Source of the DNA: an uncultured Chromatiales bacterium
GTDB taxonomy: Bacteria; Pseudomonadota; Gammaproteobacteria; Poriferisulfidales; Poriferisulfidaceae
Direction: 5' to 3'
NCBI GenBank assembly: GCA_964526195.1
Contig: CAZGIH010000003.1
Location: 9,434 to 73,433, forward strand
DNA: 64,000 nt
The position numbers and the translations under genes were made by a program. Positions 28,866 to 38,684 of this stretch are shown here, one piece after another. How positions within the stretch are numbered: position 1 is the first letter of the stretch; each line of letters starts with the position of its first letter. The notes under the pieces were generated by a model. That model was given only the letters and a program-made list of their open reading frames with translations, did no database searches and was not told the origin of the DNA.

Positions 28866-30017
28866 TCAGACTTCGTATGCGTAGCCTGCAACCTTGTTGA
28901 TCGCCCGGGAGACTTCCAACTCGCCTTCAGAGGCTTCGTTGTCGTCCCACTTCTTCAACTCCTGCTCCATGAACGCATGGAATGCCGGAGGAATCAACGC
29001 CAATGCGAACAGGGTGAAATACCCCATTCCCGTATTTGGCGCCCCGACCTCGTCGAGCTCCCAGAAGTGGGTTTCACCACGGTCGTGGTGGTCTGCCTGA
29101 CGGCCGATCTCGATGAAGAACCAGCTGGTAAACGCCGTGCTGTTGTCCCAGCTATGGCGATAGTCGATGGGCTGGCCTTTCTCGCGAATCAACCCATAGT
29201 GCTCCAGATAGTTGAGTGCTTCCAGCTCGAAGTTCGAGATCATCCAGATCAGCAGCATGGCGCAGATGCCGAGCCAACCGCCTGCCATCCAGAACAGGAA
29301 GATCGTCGGCAGGCTCATTGCATAGCCACGGATCCAGCGGTTCTGCCAAGACAGGAACGGCACGCCCAGACGTTCTAGGCGATGCTTCTCCATCGAATAC
29401 AGGAATTTGCTCTGGCCGAAATAGGATTTCGGAAGATGGGCATACATGCTGCGTCCGCGCGGCGAAGTCGCGGGATCATCCTCGCAGCCCAATTCCAGAT
29501 GGTGGTTGTACACATGCGCATAGCAGAAATGGGATGAACCAGACAGCCCCATCATCCAGCGGGCGATCACGAAACTGAAGCCCTTGGTGTGCGCCAGCTC
29601 ATGCCCGTAGATGATGCCGATGCCGGCGAAGATGCCGGTCGAAACGACTGCCCCGACCAACTGCATCCCGGTGATTCCTTCCTGATAGGACAGGCCCAGG
29701 AAAGTGCCAGTCCCGATCGGAACACCAGTCACATACTGGTAGATGCGCCAAGCAATGGTCAACTGCAACAGGATGAACACACCCAGCATGCTGTACATGA
29801 CACCGTTCTGAAGAGCGGGGATGCCATAGGTATCGCCCTCTTCGTCAAACCCCGCACCCATGGTGCGTTGTGGCGTGGTGGTGTCGACCAGGATGCCGAC
29901 GCCCATCAGCGCGACACCGACCCAGACCCACGGCCCGCCTGCCATAACCCCGAACAGTGCCGACAGGATCAGCAACGGCGCAAGGAAATAGCGTAGATTG
30001 ATAAACAGTTTTTTCAC
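28866..30017 (-). CDS. AlkB/XylM-family membrane diiron monooxygenase
   Basis: GHELAH, HVYNHH, NYLEHYGL, GRQADHH; strong RBS AGGAGGAG before GTG. Confidence 0.9.
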   Translation of the reverse strand: MKKLFINLRYFLAPLLILSALFGVMAGGPWVWVGVALMGVGILVDTTTPQRTMGAGFDEEGDTYGIPALQNGVMYSMLGVFILLQLTIAWRIYQYVTGVPIGTGTFLGLSYQEGITGMQLVGAVVSTGIFAGIGIIYGHELAHTKGFSFVIARWMMGLSGSSHFCYAHVYNHHLELGCEDDPATSPRGRSMYAHLPKSYFGQSKFLYSMEKHRLERLGVPFLSWQNRWIRGYAMSLPTIFLFWMAGGWLGICAMLLIWMISNFELEALNYLEHYGLIREKGQPIDYRHSWDNSTAFTSWFFIEIGRQADHHDRGETHFWELDEVGAPNTGMGYFTLFALALIPPAFHAFMEQELKKWDDNEASEGELEVSRAINKVAGYAYEV

Positions 30018-30186
30018 GACTCCTCCTAAGTAATTCTGACAATCGTGGGGACACGATTCTTTTGAGGCTAATCTATCACAAATATTTCAGCCTACTAGTT
30101 GGCCGGTGGGAAGGCATCCAGTACAATGGCTGTACGAAACACCGAATTGCCCAGGATTTTCCTGTACAAAAGGTGGATAACTTAAT

Positions 30187-31143
30187 ATGGCCGAATTGTC
30201 GCTCCATCCCATCCAAGTTGCCGCACGCCGCTCGGGCCTGAGCGTCGAGTTGATCCGCGCCTGGGAGCGCCGCTATCACGCAGTCGAACCGATGCGTACC
30301 CGAAACCAGCGTCGACTGTACCGGGATAAGGATATCGAGCGCCTACGCCTGCTGGCTCGTGCCACCAATGCCGGGCGGCGTATCGGCGACATCGCGCGAT
30401 CGTCCACTGCTGAACTCCAAGCCATGGTGGAAGGAGATGAGCAGGCGGCAGTTCTGGTGCCTTCCCTTGGTTCCTCGCGCCCACGCACGGACGCGGTCAT
30501 GGAATATTTCGATCGGTGTCTTGAGGCAATCGACAGGATGGATCCGGAACAACTGGCCGAAACCCTGAGCGATGCCGAGAAGAATTTGGTCGAGCTGTTC
30601 ATGCAGGAAGACCTAATTGCACCGCTGATCCAGCACATGCAAGACGAATGCCGCAATGGAACCCTGCGCATGGCTCAAAAGCACATGGCCGAAGGCGTAA
30701 TTCGCAGTCACCTGCTGAACTATGCCACCCGCCCGGGAACCGGTTTCACTTTCCGCGTGGTCGTTGCCGGCGGATTGTCCGGGCCCGATGAACTTCCACT
30801 ACTTCGATTGGCCGTGGCGACCCGAGCCTACGGGTGGCGGCCCATCTTCCTTGGTGCTGGGCTGTCTGCTGACGAAATCGCGTACGCAGCGGAACGCAGC
30901 CGGGCCCTGTGCACCGCCATCGCCGCCTATCCGGTCGATGATCCTTTGCTTCCAAATGAGTTGCGCAAACTCCGCCGCGCCGTCCCGGAAGGTCACCCGA
31001 TCCTCCTGCACGGCTCTAACCTGAATCTTTATGAGGCGGTGATCGACGATACCCGGATCATCCCGACACAGACGTTCGGTGAATTGCGTCTCGCCCTGGG
31101 ACGGATGCGGCTTGATGCCCAGGCCGACGCCGAACCGGCCTGA
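30187..31143 (+). CDS. MerR-family regulator of CarH/LitR architecture with a degenerate B12-binding domain
   Basis: IQVAARRSGLS.ELIRAWERRY...RRLY HTH; four-helix cap and Rossmann domain (FLGAGLSADEI); canonical EH and ExHxxG ligand motifs are absent. Confidence 0.82.
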   Translation: MAELSLHPIQVAARRSGLSVELIRAWERRYHAVEPMRTRNQRRLYRDKDIERLRLLARATNAGRRIGDIARSSTAELQAMVEGDEQAAVLVPSLGSSRPRTDAVMEYFDRCLEAIDRMDPEQLAETLSDAEKNLVELFMQEDLIAPLIQHMQDECRNGTLRMAQKHMAEGVIRSHLLNYATRPGTGFTFRVVVAGGLSGPDELPLLRLAVATRAYGWRPIFLGAGLSADEIAYAAERSRALCTAIAAYPVDDPLLPNELRKLRRAVPEGHPILLHGSNLNLYEAVIDDTRIIPTQTFGELRLALGRMRLDAQADAEPA

Positions 31144-31203
31144 TTCCCCACTTATCCGCACTCTATAGAATAGTCTGCAGGCTTATTACCCGGTTTTCAT
31201 CCC

Positions 31204-31719
31204 ATGGGTTCACCTAAAAGTTTCTCCTACCAGGAGCTCCTGCGTTGCGCGCGCGGTGAGATGTTCGGCGAAGGCAACGCCCAGTTGCCGAGCCCGAACA
31301 TGCTGATGCTGGACCGCATCACGCATATCAGCGAGCAAGGCGGCACCTACGGGAAAGGCGAACTGCGGGCGGAATTGGACATTCGCCCCGATCTCTGGTT
31401 CTTCCAGTGCCATTTCCCCGGCGACCCGGTGATGCCAGGCTGCCTGGGGCTCGATGCCCTGTGGCAGTTGGTGGGGTTCTTCCTGGGATGGCAGGGTCAT
31501 CCGGGGCGGGGCCGGGCACTAGGCGTCGGCCGGGTCAAGTTTTCCGGCCAGGTGACTCCGGAAAACCGCGTCGTGCACTACCACATCCACCTCAAACGCC
31601 TGATCACCCGCTCACTGGTGATGGGGATTGCCGACGGCCTGGTGCAGGTGGACGGCCGCGACATCTACACTGCAAAGGATCTTCGGGTCGGCCTGTTCAC
31701 CACCCTGGAACAATTCTGA
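31204..31719 (+). CDS. fabA: 3-hydroxyacyl-ACP dehydratase/isomerase
   Basis: [42 protein letters not shown]. Confidence 0.96.
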   Translation: MGSPKSFSYQELLRCARGEMFGEGNAQLPSPNMLMLDRITHISEQGGTYGKGELRAELDIRPDLWFFQCHFPGDPVMPGCLGLDALWQLVGFFLGWQGHPGRGRALGVGRVKFSGQVTPENRVVHYHIHLKRLITRSLVMGIADGLVQVDGRDIYTAKDLRVGLFTTLEQF

Positions 31720-31721
31720 CC

Positions 31722-32528
31722 ATGGCGCCTCTTCTGGTCCACACCACGGCCTACCAATTCCTGGACTTCGACGAAGACGAGACGCTGCGCCGCCACCTGC
31801 TCAAGGCCTGCGAACGCCTGCAACTAACCGGCAATATCACCCTGGCCCCTGAAGGCATCAACCTGAGCCTGTCGGGCTCAGAAGATGGCATCGGTCAGAT
31901 CGAGCGACTTCTTTTGGACGAAAGCCCATTCAAACAACTCCAGTTCCGGCGTAGCCGTATCACCACTTCACCTTTCTCCAAGCTGATCGTCCGTTATCGC
32001 CCTTCCCTCCTGCCTATCCAAGTAGACACTCCGGTCGCCCGCCGCCAGCCGGGCACTCACCTGCCACCGCAACAGTTGTGCCAATGGCTGGACGAGGGTC
32101 GTCCACTGCGACTGCTGGACGTGCGCAACGTCTACGAGACGCACCTAGGGCAGTTTGCCACCGCCGAAACCCTGCCTTTGCATCAGTTCCGTGATTTCCA
32201 GGAAGCGGCTCGCGCCTTGGAACCGGACACGAGACCCATCGTGACCTACTGCACGGGCGGCATTCGCTGCGAGTTAGCCAGCGCCTGGCTACGCGAGCAG
32301 GGACACCCGGAAGTCTGGCAGTTGTCCGGAGGCATCCTGAACTATTTCGAGCAATGCGGCGACCGTCACTGGCAGGGGGAATGCTTTGTCTTCGACGACC
32401 GCCTAGCCGTGGACCCCCAACTGCATGCTACCTATCCCCAGCTATGCCGCACCTGCCAGAAGCCCCTTTCAGAAATGAGGCTCGGCCGCTGCGCGGAATG
32501 CGGAGATCCCAGGCTTGATGCTCACTGA
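31722..32528 (+). CDS. trhO: Rhodanese-domain tRNA uridine(34) hydroxylase (YceA/TrhO family)
   Basis: ITLAPEGIN, LDVRN.YE, YCTGGIRCE, L.GGIL.YFE, GECFVFDDR. Confidence 0.85.
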   Translation: MAPLLVHTTAYQFLDFDEDETLRRHLLKACERLQLTGNITLAPEGINLSLSGSEDGIGQIERLLLDESPFKQLQFRRSRITTSPFSKLIVRYRPSLLPIQVDTPVARRQPGTHLPPQQLCQWLDEGRPLRLLDVRNVYETHLGQFATAETLPLHQFRDFQEAARALEPDTRPIVTYCTGGIRCELASAWLREQGHPEVWQLSGGILNYFEQCGDRHWQGECFVFDDRLAVDPQLHATYPQLCRTCQKPLSEMRLGRCAECGDPRLDAH

Positions 32529-33303
32529 CATCTGCTGCAACCTAACCCACGAGTCGTTCGCAAACGATCAGGAAGAGGTCCTGCAGCGGGCCCGGGAAAC
32601 TGGCGTTACTCGATTTCTGCTGGCCGGCGCGGATCTTGCCGAGAGCCGGGCATGCGTTTCGGCCGCACAGCGCTATCCCGACTGCTGGGCGGCAGTCGGC
32701 GTACATCCGCATCAGGCGCGTGAATGGGACTCCGACAGTGCCGAAATCCTGCGTGACCTTCAACAAGACCCCAAAGTCATCGCCATCGGCGAATGCGGGC
32801 TGGACTACTACCGGGACCTGTCGCCTCGCGAAACACAGGTCGCCGTTTTCTCGGAACAACTAGAACTGGCAGGTGAATTGGGCCTGCCCGTGCTCATGCA
32901 CAACCGCGATGCGGACGAGGATTTCCTGCAGGTTTTCGATAACGTGGCCAGCCGCCCACCGCGCGCCGTCCTGCATTGCTTTACTGGAGGACGGTCTTTG
33001 TTGCATGCCTGCCTTGAGCGCGGCATATACATCGGCGTCACCGGTTGGTTCTGCGACGAGCGCCGAGGACAGCCACTCAGAGACCTGATCGGAGAGATCC
33101 CGCTGGACCGACTAATGATCGAGACGGACGCGCCTTATCTATTGCCACGCACGCTGCGCCCACGCCCCCGAACTCGCCGCAATGAACCCATGTGGCTGCT
33201 CCATATCGCCGAACAGATCGCTGAGGCTCGGGGCCTGAGCCTGGATGAATTCGCCCACCATACGCAGGCGTGCGTACAAGCATTCTTTGCTTTTTCAGAC
33301 TGA
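32518..33303 (+). CDS. tatD: TatD family DNase
   Basis: GVHPH, IGECGLDY, H.RDA, HCFTG, IETDAPYL, RNEP. Confidence 0.93.
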   Translation: MLTDICCNLTHESFANDQEEVLQRARETGVTRFLLAGADLAESRACVSAAQRYPDCWAAVGVHPHQAREWDSDSAEILRDLQQDPKVIAIGECGLDYYRDLSPRETQVAVFSEQLELAGELGLPVLMHNRDADEDFLQVFDNVASRPPRAVLHCFTGGRSLLHACLERGIYIGVTGWFCDERRGQPLRDLIGEIPLDRLMIETDAPYLLPRTLRPRPRTRRNEPMWLLHIAEQIAEARGLSLDEFAHHTQACVQAFFAFSD

Positions 33304-33387
33304 TTGGGCTGTCCCGCAGGCTGTCTCGCGCTGCAAGACGCGGGAACATTTGGTTTAAAATGGCATTTTTCCACTGCTCCTAGCCTC

Positions 33388-34824
33388 ATGGAACACTACT
33401 CCGCTTTTGCGCCCAGTATTGGAGTCTGCGCCGAGCAGGCAACCGTCTACGCTCCTTGGGACCGCTCGCCCATTGGTACCGTCGACATCATCAACAGCCA
33501 GCAGGCCGACCAGGTTCTGGAGACTGCCTTTGCGATCTACCAAGACAAGTCGCGCTGGCTACCGCCCGCGAAACGCATCGAAGTGCTGGAAAAAACCGCA
33601 CAGTTGATGGCTGCGCGCAGCGAAGAGCTGGCCGTGGAAGCAGCCCGTGAAGGCGGCAAGCCCTTGCCGGATTCCAAGGTCGAAGTAGCCCGGGCAATCG
33701 ACGGCATGCACAGCTGCGTAGAAATCATGCGCACCGAGGCAGGCCAGGAAATCCCGATGAACCTGAATGCCGCGTCAGCCCACCACATGGCGCTGACCCG
33801 CAAGTACCCGATCGGCGTGGTGCTGGCGTTCTCCGCATTCAACCATCCACTCAATTTGATCGTGCACCAAGTCGGCCCCGCTCTCGCTTCCGGCTGCCCC
33901 GCCATCATCAAGCCAGCGCTTGATACGCCCCTGTCGTGCATGCGCTTCGTCGAAATGCTGCATCAGGCCGGGCTTCCCGAAGGCTACGTGCAGGCAATCA
34001 ACCTGGGCGATCACGAGGTTGCCGGGCAGATGGCCGGAGATCCCCGGGTGGCGTTTTTCAGCTTTATCGGAAGCGGTGAAGTGGGTTGGATGCTGCGCTC
34101 GAAACTGGCACCCGGCGCACGTTGCGCGCTGGAGCACGGCGGCATCGCTCCGGTCATCGTGGCGGCGGATGCCGATATCGACGATGCCCTGCCCCTGATG
34201 GCCAAAGGCGGGTTCTACCATGCCGGACAGGTCTGCGTATCGGTCCAGCGAGTCTACGCCGACCAGAGCATCGCACAGCGCATTGCCGAAGGACTGGCCG
34301 AACTGGGCAACAACATGAAAGTGGGTGACCCAACCGAAGCCGACACGGAGGTCGGCCCCCTGATCCGGCCGGCTGAAGTGGACCGGGTCGAAGCCTGGGT
34401 CCAGGAAGCCGTGGACGCGGGAGCGCAACTCGTCAGCGGAGGCCAGCGGCTGTCGGACACCGCCTACCAGCCGACCGTGCTGCTCAACCCTCCGGTCGAT
34501 GCCAAGGTCAGCGCCCACGAGGTGTTTGGGCCGGTGATCTGCGTGTACGGCTTCGACGACATCGACGCCGCCATCGCGCAGGCCAATGCCGGGCCGTATT
34601 CGTTCCAGGCCGCCGTCTTCAGCCAGAACATCGACACTGCCCTGCACTGCTACCACCAGTTGGAAGCCGCTGCGGTGATGATCAACAACCACACCGCGTT
34701 CCGGGTCGACTGGATGCCTTTCGCCGGTCTCAAGCAGTCTGGCCACGGCGTGGGCGGCATCCCCTACACCTACGAGGACATGCAGGTCGACAAGCTGATG
34801 GTCGTCCGCTCGCCATCCCTCTGA
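33388..34824 (+). CDS. Aldehyde dehydrogenase family protein
   Basis: FNHPLNL, FIGSG.VG, LEHGG, GQVCVS, EVFGPV. Confidence 0.93.
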   Translation: MEHYSAFAPSIGVCAEQATVYAPWDRSPIGTVDIINSQQADQVLETAFAIYQDKSRWLPPAKRIEVLEKTAQLMAARSEELAVEAAREGGKPLPDSKVEVARAIDGMHSCVEIMRTEAGQEIPMNLNAASAHHMALTRKYPIGVVLAFSAFNHPLNLIVHQVGPALASGCPAIIKPALDTPLSCMRFVEMLHQAGLPEGYVQAINLGDHEVAGQMAGDPRVAFFSFIGSGEVGWMLRSKLAPGARCALEHGGIAPVIVAADADIDDALPLMAKGGFYHAGQVCVSVQRVYADQSIAQRIAEGLAELGNNMKVGDPTEADTEVGPLIRPAEVDRVEAWVQEAVDAGAQLVSGGQRLSDTAYQPTVLLNPPVDAKVSAHEVFGPVICVYGFDDIDAAIAQANAGPYSFQAAVFSQNIDTALHCYHQLEAAAVMINNHTAFRVDWMPFAGLKQSGHGVGGIPYTYEDMQVDKLMVVRSPSL

Positions 34825-34852
34825 GCCTGGAACCGCCAGTTCCCCTATTCCG

Positions 34853-35698
34853 ATGCGCCTGACCGCCGCAGAATTCCGCGCCCTCCCGCACAAGGCCGTC
34901 ACCTTGCTCGGCATGTCCGGCGTGGGCAAGACCCGGCTGTCCGAGCGGCTCGACAAGACGCAGTGGTTCCACTATTCCGGGGACTATCGGATTGGAACCC
35001 GCTACCTCAGCGAGAACATCCTCGACAACCTCAAGTCGAAAATGATGGAGGTGCCGTTCCTGGCGGACCTGCTGCGCTCGGACTCCATTTACATCTCCAA
35101 CAATCTCACCGTCAGCAACCTGGAGCCGGTCTCGACCTTTCTCGGCAAACCCGGAAATTCCGGGCTCGGCGGGCTATCGCTGGAGGAATTCAAGAACCGC
35201 CTGCGGCTTCACCACGAAGCCGAAATCAAGGCCATGCAGGATGTCCCGGGTTTCATCCTCAAAGGGCAGGAGATCTACGGCTATCCGCATCTCGTGAACG
35301 ATGCCGGCGGCAGCCTGTGCGAACTGCAAAGACCGGACGTGTTCGAGCTGCTGGCCGAACACACCCTGATCCTGTACATCCATGCCGATGACCAACAGAT
35401 CGAGGAACTCTGCGAACGCCAGGCGAAAAGCCCCAAACCCCTCTACTACCCGGAGGCCTTCCTGGATCGGGCGGTTGAGGATTTCATGGCCGAGCACGAC
35501 TTGCGCGATTTCCAAGACATCAATCCCGACGATTTCACCCGCTGGGCCTTCCCGAGGCTGTCGCGGGACCGCCTGGAGCGCTACCAAAGCATTGCCGCCG
35601 AATACGGGTACACCGTCAGCATGGACGAAGTCAGCCGCGTGCGGAACGCCGATGATTTCGTCGACCTAATTGCCCAAGCCATCGAACGCGCGGGCTAG
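34853..35698 (+). CDS. Uncharacterised P-loop NTPase upstream of metA
   Basis: LLGMSGVGKT Walker A, DYRIGTRY, NDAGGSLCE. Confidence 0.8.
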   Translation: MRLTAAEFRALPHKAVTLLGMSGVGKTRLSERLDKTQWFHYSGDYRIGTRYLSENILDNLKSKMMEVPFLADLLRSDSIYISNNLTVSNLEPVSTFLGKPGNSGLGGLSLEEFKNRLRLHHEAEIKAMQDVPGFILKGQEIYGYPHLVNDAGGSLCELQRPDVFELLAEHTLILYIHADDQQIEELCERQAKSPKPLYYPEAFLDRAVEDFMAEHDLRDFQDINPDDFTRWAFPRLSRDRLERYQSIAAEYGYTVSMDEVSRVRNADDFVDLIAQAIERAG

Positions 35699-35703
35699 CC
35701 CCC

Positions 35704-36684
35704 ATGCCCCTGCTTCGCCTGCAGGACCTGCCCAGCCTGGACCGGATTGCTGAACAAGGCACCCGGGTTGCCGAGCAGACCCCGGAACATGCCATCCGTT
35801 TGAATGTCGGCCTGCTCAACATGATGCCGGACCGCGCGCTGGCCGCGACCGAACGACAGTTCCTGCGGCTTCTGGACAGCCACGAGGAACGTTATTGCGC
35901 CGTACATCTATTCACGATTGAAGGTGTCCCCCGCGGAGACGAAGGTCGCGAACATCTCCAGCAGTACTACCGGGACTGCGTGGAGATCGGCAGCATGGAC
36001 CTAGACGCTTTGATTATTACCGGGGCCAACGTCACCAAACCCGACCTGACGAGCGAACCTTTTTGGGACAGTCTGGCCGCCGTGCTGAAACAGGCCGATG
36101 ATTGCCGTTTGCCGGTGGTCTGCTCCTGCCTGGCCGCACATGCTTCCGCTTTGATCTTTCATGGCGTCGCCCGCCGCCACCTGCCACACAAGTGCTGGGG
36201 CATTTTCGATCATTCGGTCTGCGAGTCCGACCACCCCCTGGTCGCCAATCTTCCGAACCATTTCGAGATGCCGCATTCGCGCTTCAATGATGTCCCGGAA
36301 GAGAATCTCCGGGAACATGGCGTACAGGTTCTGGTTACGGGACCCGTGCCCGGCGTGCAGATGGCCGTGGAGCCGGACGGCCGTCGGCTCTATTTCCAGG
36401 GGCATCCCGAATACGAAGCCGTCAGCCTGCTGAAGGAGTACAAGCGCGAGATCCTGCGCTACTTGAACAAAGAGCGTGAGGACTACCCGCCCCTGCCGGA
36501 CAACACGTTCAGTGATTCGGCAGCCGACCTTGCGGCAACCTTCCGCGAAAGTGCTTTGCCGAGAAACGGAGATGCAGAACTGATCGAGGGATTCCCGGAA
36601 GAAGCTCTCACGAAGGAAATGCGCCACTCATGGAAGGAAGTCTCCCAGCAGTTGTTCTTCAATTGGCTCCACGGACTCGCATAG
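35704..36684 (+). CDS. metA: Homoserine O-succinyl/acetyltransferase
   Basis: GLLNMMPD.AL.ATERQF, IITGA, CLAAHA, PHSR.N, QGHPEY. Confidence 0.93.
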   Translation: MPLLRLQDLPSLDRIAEQGTRVAEQTPEHAIRLNVGLLNMMPDRALAATERQFLRLLDSHEERYCAVHLFTIEGVPRGDEGREHLQQYYRDCVEIGSMDLDALIITGANVTKPDLTSEPFWDSLAAVLKQADDCRLPVVCSCLAAHASALIFHGVARRHLPHKCWGIFDHSVCESDHPLVANLPNHFEMPHSRFNDVPEENLREHGVQVLVTGPVPGVQMAVEPDGRRLYFQGHPEYEAVSLLKEYKREILRYLNKEREDYPPLPDNTFSDSAADLAATFRESALPRNGDAELIEGFPEEALTKEMRHSWKEVSQQLFFNWLHGLA

Positions 36685-36712
36685 CCCATCAGCGCCCGCT
36701 ATCTGTCGCGAA

Positions 36713-38104
36713 TCAGGCCGCGTCCCGAAAAACGAAAGAGGCGCATTCTTCAGCGGCGTCCACGCCGCTCAGCAAGGCTCCGTTGCATGAAGGCATCCGC
36801 ATGTAGTCGCCGGCGAGGAACAGGCCTTTCAGGTCAGCCAGTTGGTGTTGGCGCATTTCGTATATCTCCCGCAGCATGCCCCCGGGAGCCAGGCACAACG
36901 CCTCAGGCCAGCGGTAAACACGAGTGAACAGGGGTTTGTCAGGCATGGCGGGGAGGTACTTGCGTATTTCTTCGATGATCCTGTCTGCTATCTCGGTGTC
37001 ACTCAAGGTGAAAAGCTTTTGGGCGTGTTCCCCAATCACCAGTGCATACACCAGGGATTTGCCTTCCGGTGCCGCACAAGGAGCCATTGAAGACAAATTG
37101 CTTACGAAAGTCAGAAAAGTCCCGGAATCTGGAGGGAAAATGGCAGCATGAGATCCTTCAGGAAGGATATTCTCATCAAGTCCAATTGCCATGTTGATGC
37201 AGGAGGAATACGTGATCCGGGCTAGAACACACTCAACTTCGGAAGGAAGATCGGGAATGATTTCGACCGCTTTCGTAGCTGGAGTTGCGCAAATTACGGC
37301 GTCTGCTTCAATCTCTCCCGCCTCTCCTCCATCCACAATTACGCCTTTGACGGTTCCTTCTTCGAGGACAATGCGCTGAACGGGTGTAGACAGTCTGATA
37401 TCTCCTGCGCATGCTCCGACGAGTGCGTTGGCAAACTCTCCAACCCCTCCTTCAGGAAGGCACGGACGTTCGGATTGGTTCAAGGTCCAAAGCCAAAGCA
37501 ACGCCATACCGAAAGCAGCACCCACCTGCTCGGAGAAACCAGCTGTAAAGCAGTTGATGTCTGCCTCTCCGGCTTGCTCCAGATACTCCATCAAAGAATT
37601 CGCTTCCATAAACTCGGCGAAGCTCTCGTGAGTATCCAAATCCAACATCCTTGAATGATCCTGAAACCTAATATCTTTACTCCGAGCCTTCAGCATCATG
37701 ACAAGCCGTATGGATTGCCACATTGCTTTTGGTGTTAACAGACGGAAAGAAAGGATGGTCTGAACGGTTGTCATCATTTGTTTCAGTGAACCGTTCGAAT
37801 AGATGCCCCAAAGTTTCCCATCGCGGTAGATGTGGCCCCCTTTTTTGCGGGGACTCATCTTCAAGGGGACACCGAGGTTTTCGGCTAAGTCCCAAACCGT
37901 TTCAAATGATTCGTGGAAAACTGATGCACCGGTATGGATGGAAAAACCATCAATTTCTTCCCCCGCAATTCGGCCTCCAGCGCGATCAGCCGCTTCCAGC
38001 ACAACGACTTCCAGCTTGTTTCCGTATTTACTGCGCAAAGTGTACGCCGCAGCCAAGCCAGAGGTTCCCCCTCCGACAATGACGATTTTCGGCTTGCGGG
38101 CCAT
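36713..38104 (-). CDS. FAD-dependent oxidoreductase (protoporphyrinogen oxidase/flavin amine oxidase fold)
   Basis: IVGGGTSGLAAAY, LEAADRAGGR, LFLAGDY...GALLSG. Confidence 0.88.
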   Translation of the reverse strand: MARKPKIVIVGGGTSGLAAAYTLRSKYGNKLEVVVLEAADRAGGRIAGEEIDGFSIHTGASVFHESFETVWDLAENLGVPLKMSPRKKGGHIYRDGKLWGIYSNGSLKQMMTTVQTILSFRLLTPKAMWQSIRLVMMLKARSKDIRFQDHSRMLDLDTHESFAEFMEANSLMEYLEQAGEADINCFTAGFSEQVGAAFGMALLWLWTLNQSERPCLPEGGVGEFANALVGACAGDIRLSTPVQRIVLEEGTVKGVIVDGGEAGEIEADAVICATPATKAVEIIPDLPSEVECVLARITYSSCINMAIGLDENILPEGSHAAIFPPDSGTFLTFVSNLSSMAPCAAPEGKSLVYALVIGEHAQKLFTLSDTEIADRIIEEIRKYLPAMPDKPLFTRVYRWPEALCLAPGGMLREIYEMRQHQLADLKGLFLAGDYMRMPSCNGALLSGVDAAEECASFVFRDAA

Positions 38105-38140
38105 CGCTACCAACCTTCTTTTGGTCTTTCCGACAGCACC

Positions 38141-38683
38141 TTAGATCCCAAGTCCCCATCGGCCGATCTGGTACAGCCCGCTCTGCAGAAAATACAGCCC
38201 GAACAGGGCCACCATGGGAGACAAATCCAGTATTCCCGTATCCGGCAGCACCCCTCGAATCCGCATGAGCATCGGGGTTGTCAGACTGCGCACCAGACTT
38301 AGGAACTGATCTGCGCCAGCCGACAGTCGCACCCAGCTGGCAATCACCACCACGATCAGGGAAATCAGGTAGATGTTCAGCAGCATCCTGCCGATCTGGG
38401 TCAGTGCGAACAATACCAGGCCCAGGATCGAGGCCTCCAGTTGCATGGCCCCACCGACGTAAAGGCTGATTAATTTCAGAATCAATGCGATCGCAAGCAA
38501 GGCGAGGTCCCACCCCCGAGCCGACGGCATGATGCGCCGAACCGGCTGGTACACCGGATCGGTCACTCGCGCCAGCACCTGCGAGATCGGGTTGTAAAAG
38601 TCCGCTTGGTGAAACGTGAGCAACAACCGGATCAGGATCCCGTACAGATACAGGGTCAGCAGGAACTGGATCAGATCTTCCAT
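38141..38683 (-). CDS. yggT: YggT family membrane protein
   Basis: ADFYNPISQ...VTDP...P.RR, LDLSPMV; follows proC. Confidence 0.92.
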   Translation of the reverse strand: MEDLIQFLLTLYLYGILIRLLLTFHQADFYNPISQVLARVTDPVYQPVRRIMPSARGWDLALLAIALILKLISLYVGGAMQLEASILGLVLFALTQIGRMLLNIYLISLIVVVIASWVRLSAGADQFLSLVRSLTTPMLMRIRGVLPDTGILDLSPMVALFGLYFLQSGLYQIGRWGLGI

Positions 38684-38684
38684 G

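Noticed and set aside
30120-30170. GTAC-containing repeats as a CarH-type 11-bp operator
   Set aside because: Only two copies are 11 bp apart, the third is out of phase, and the match to the consensus is weak.
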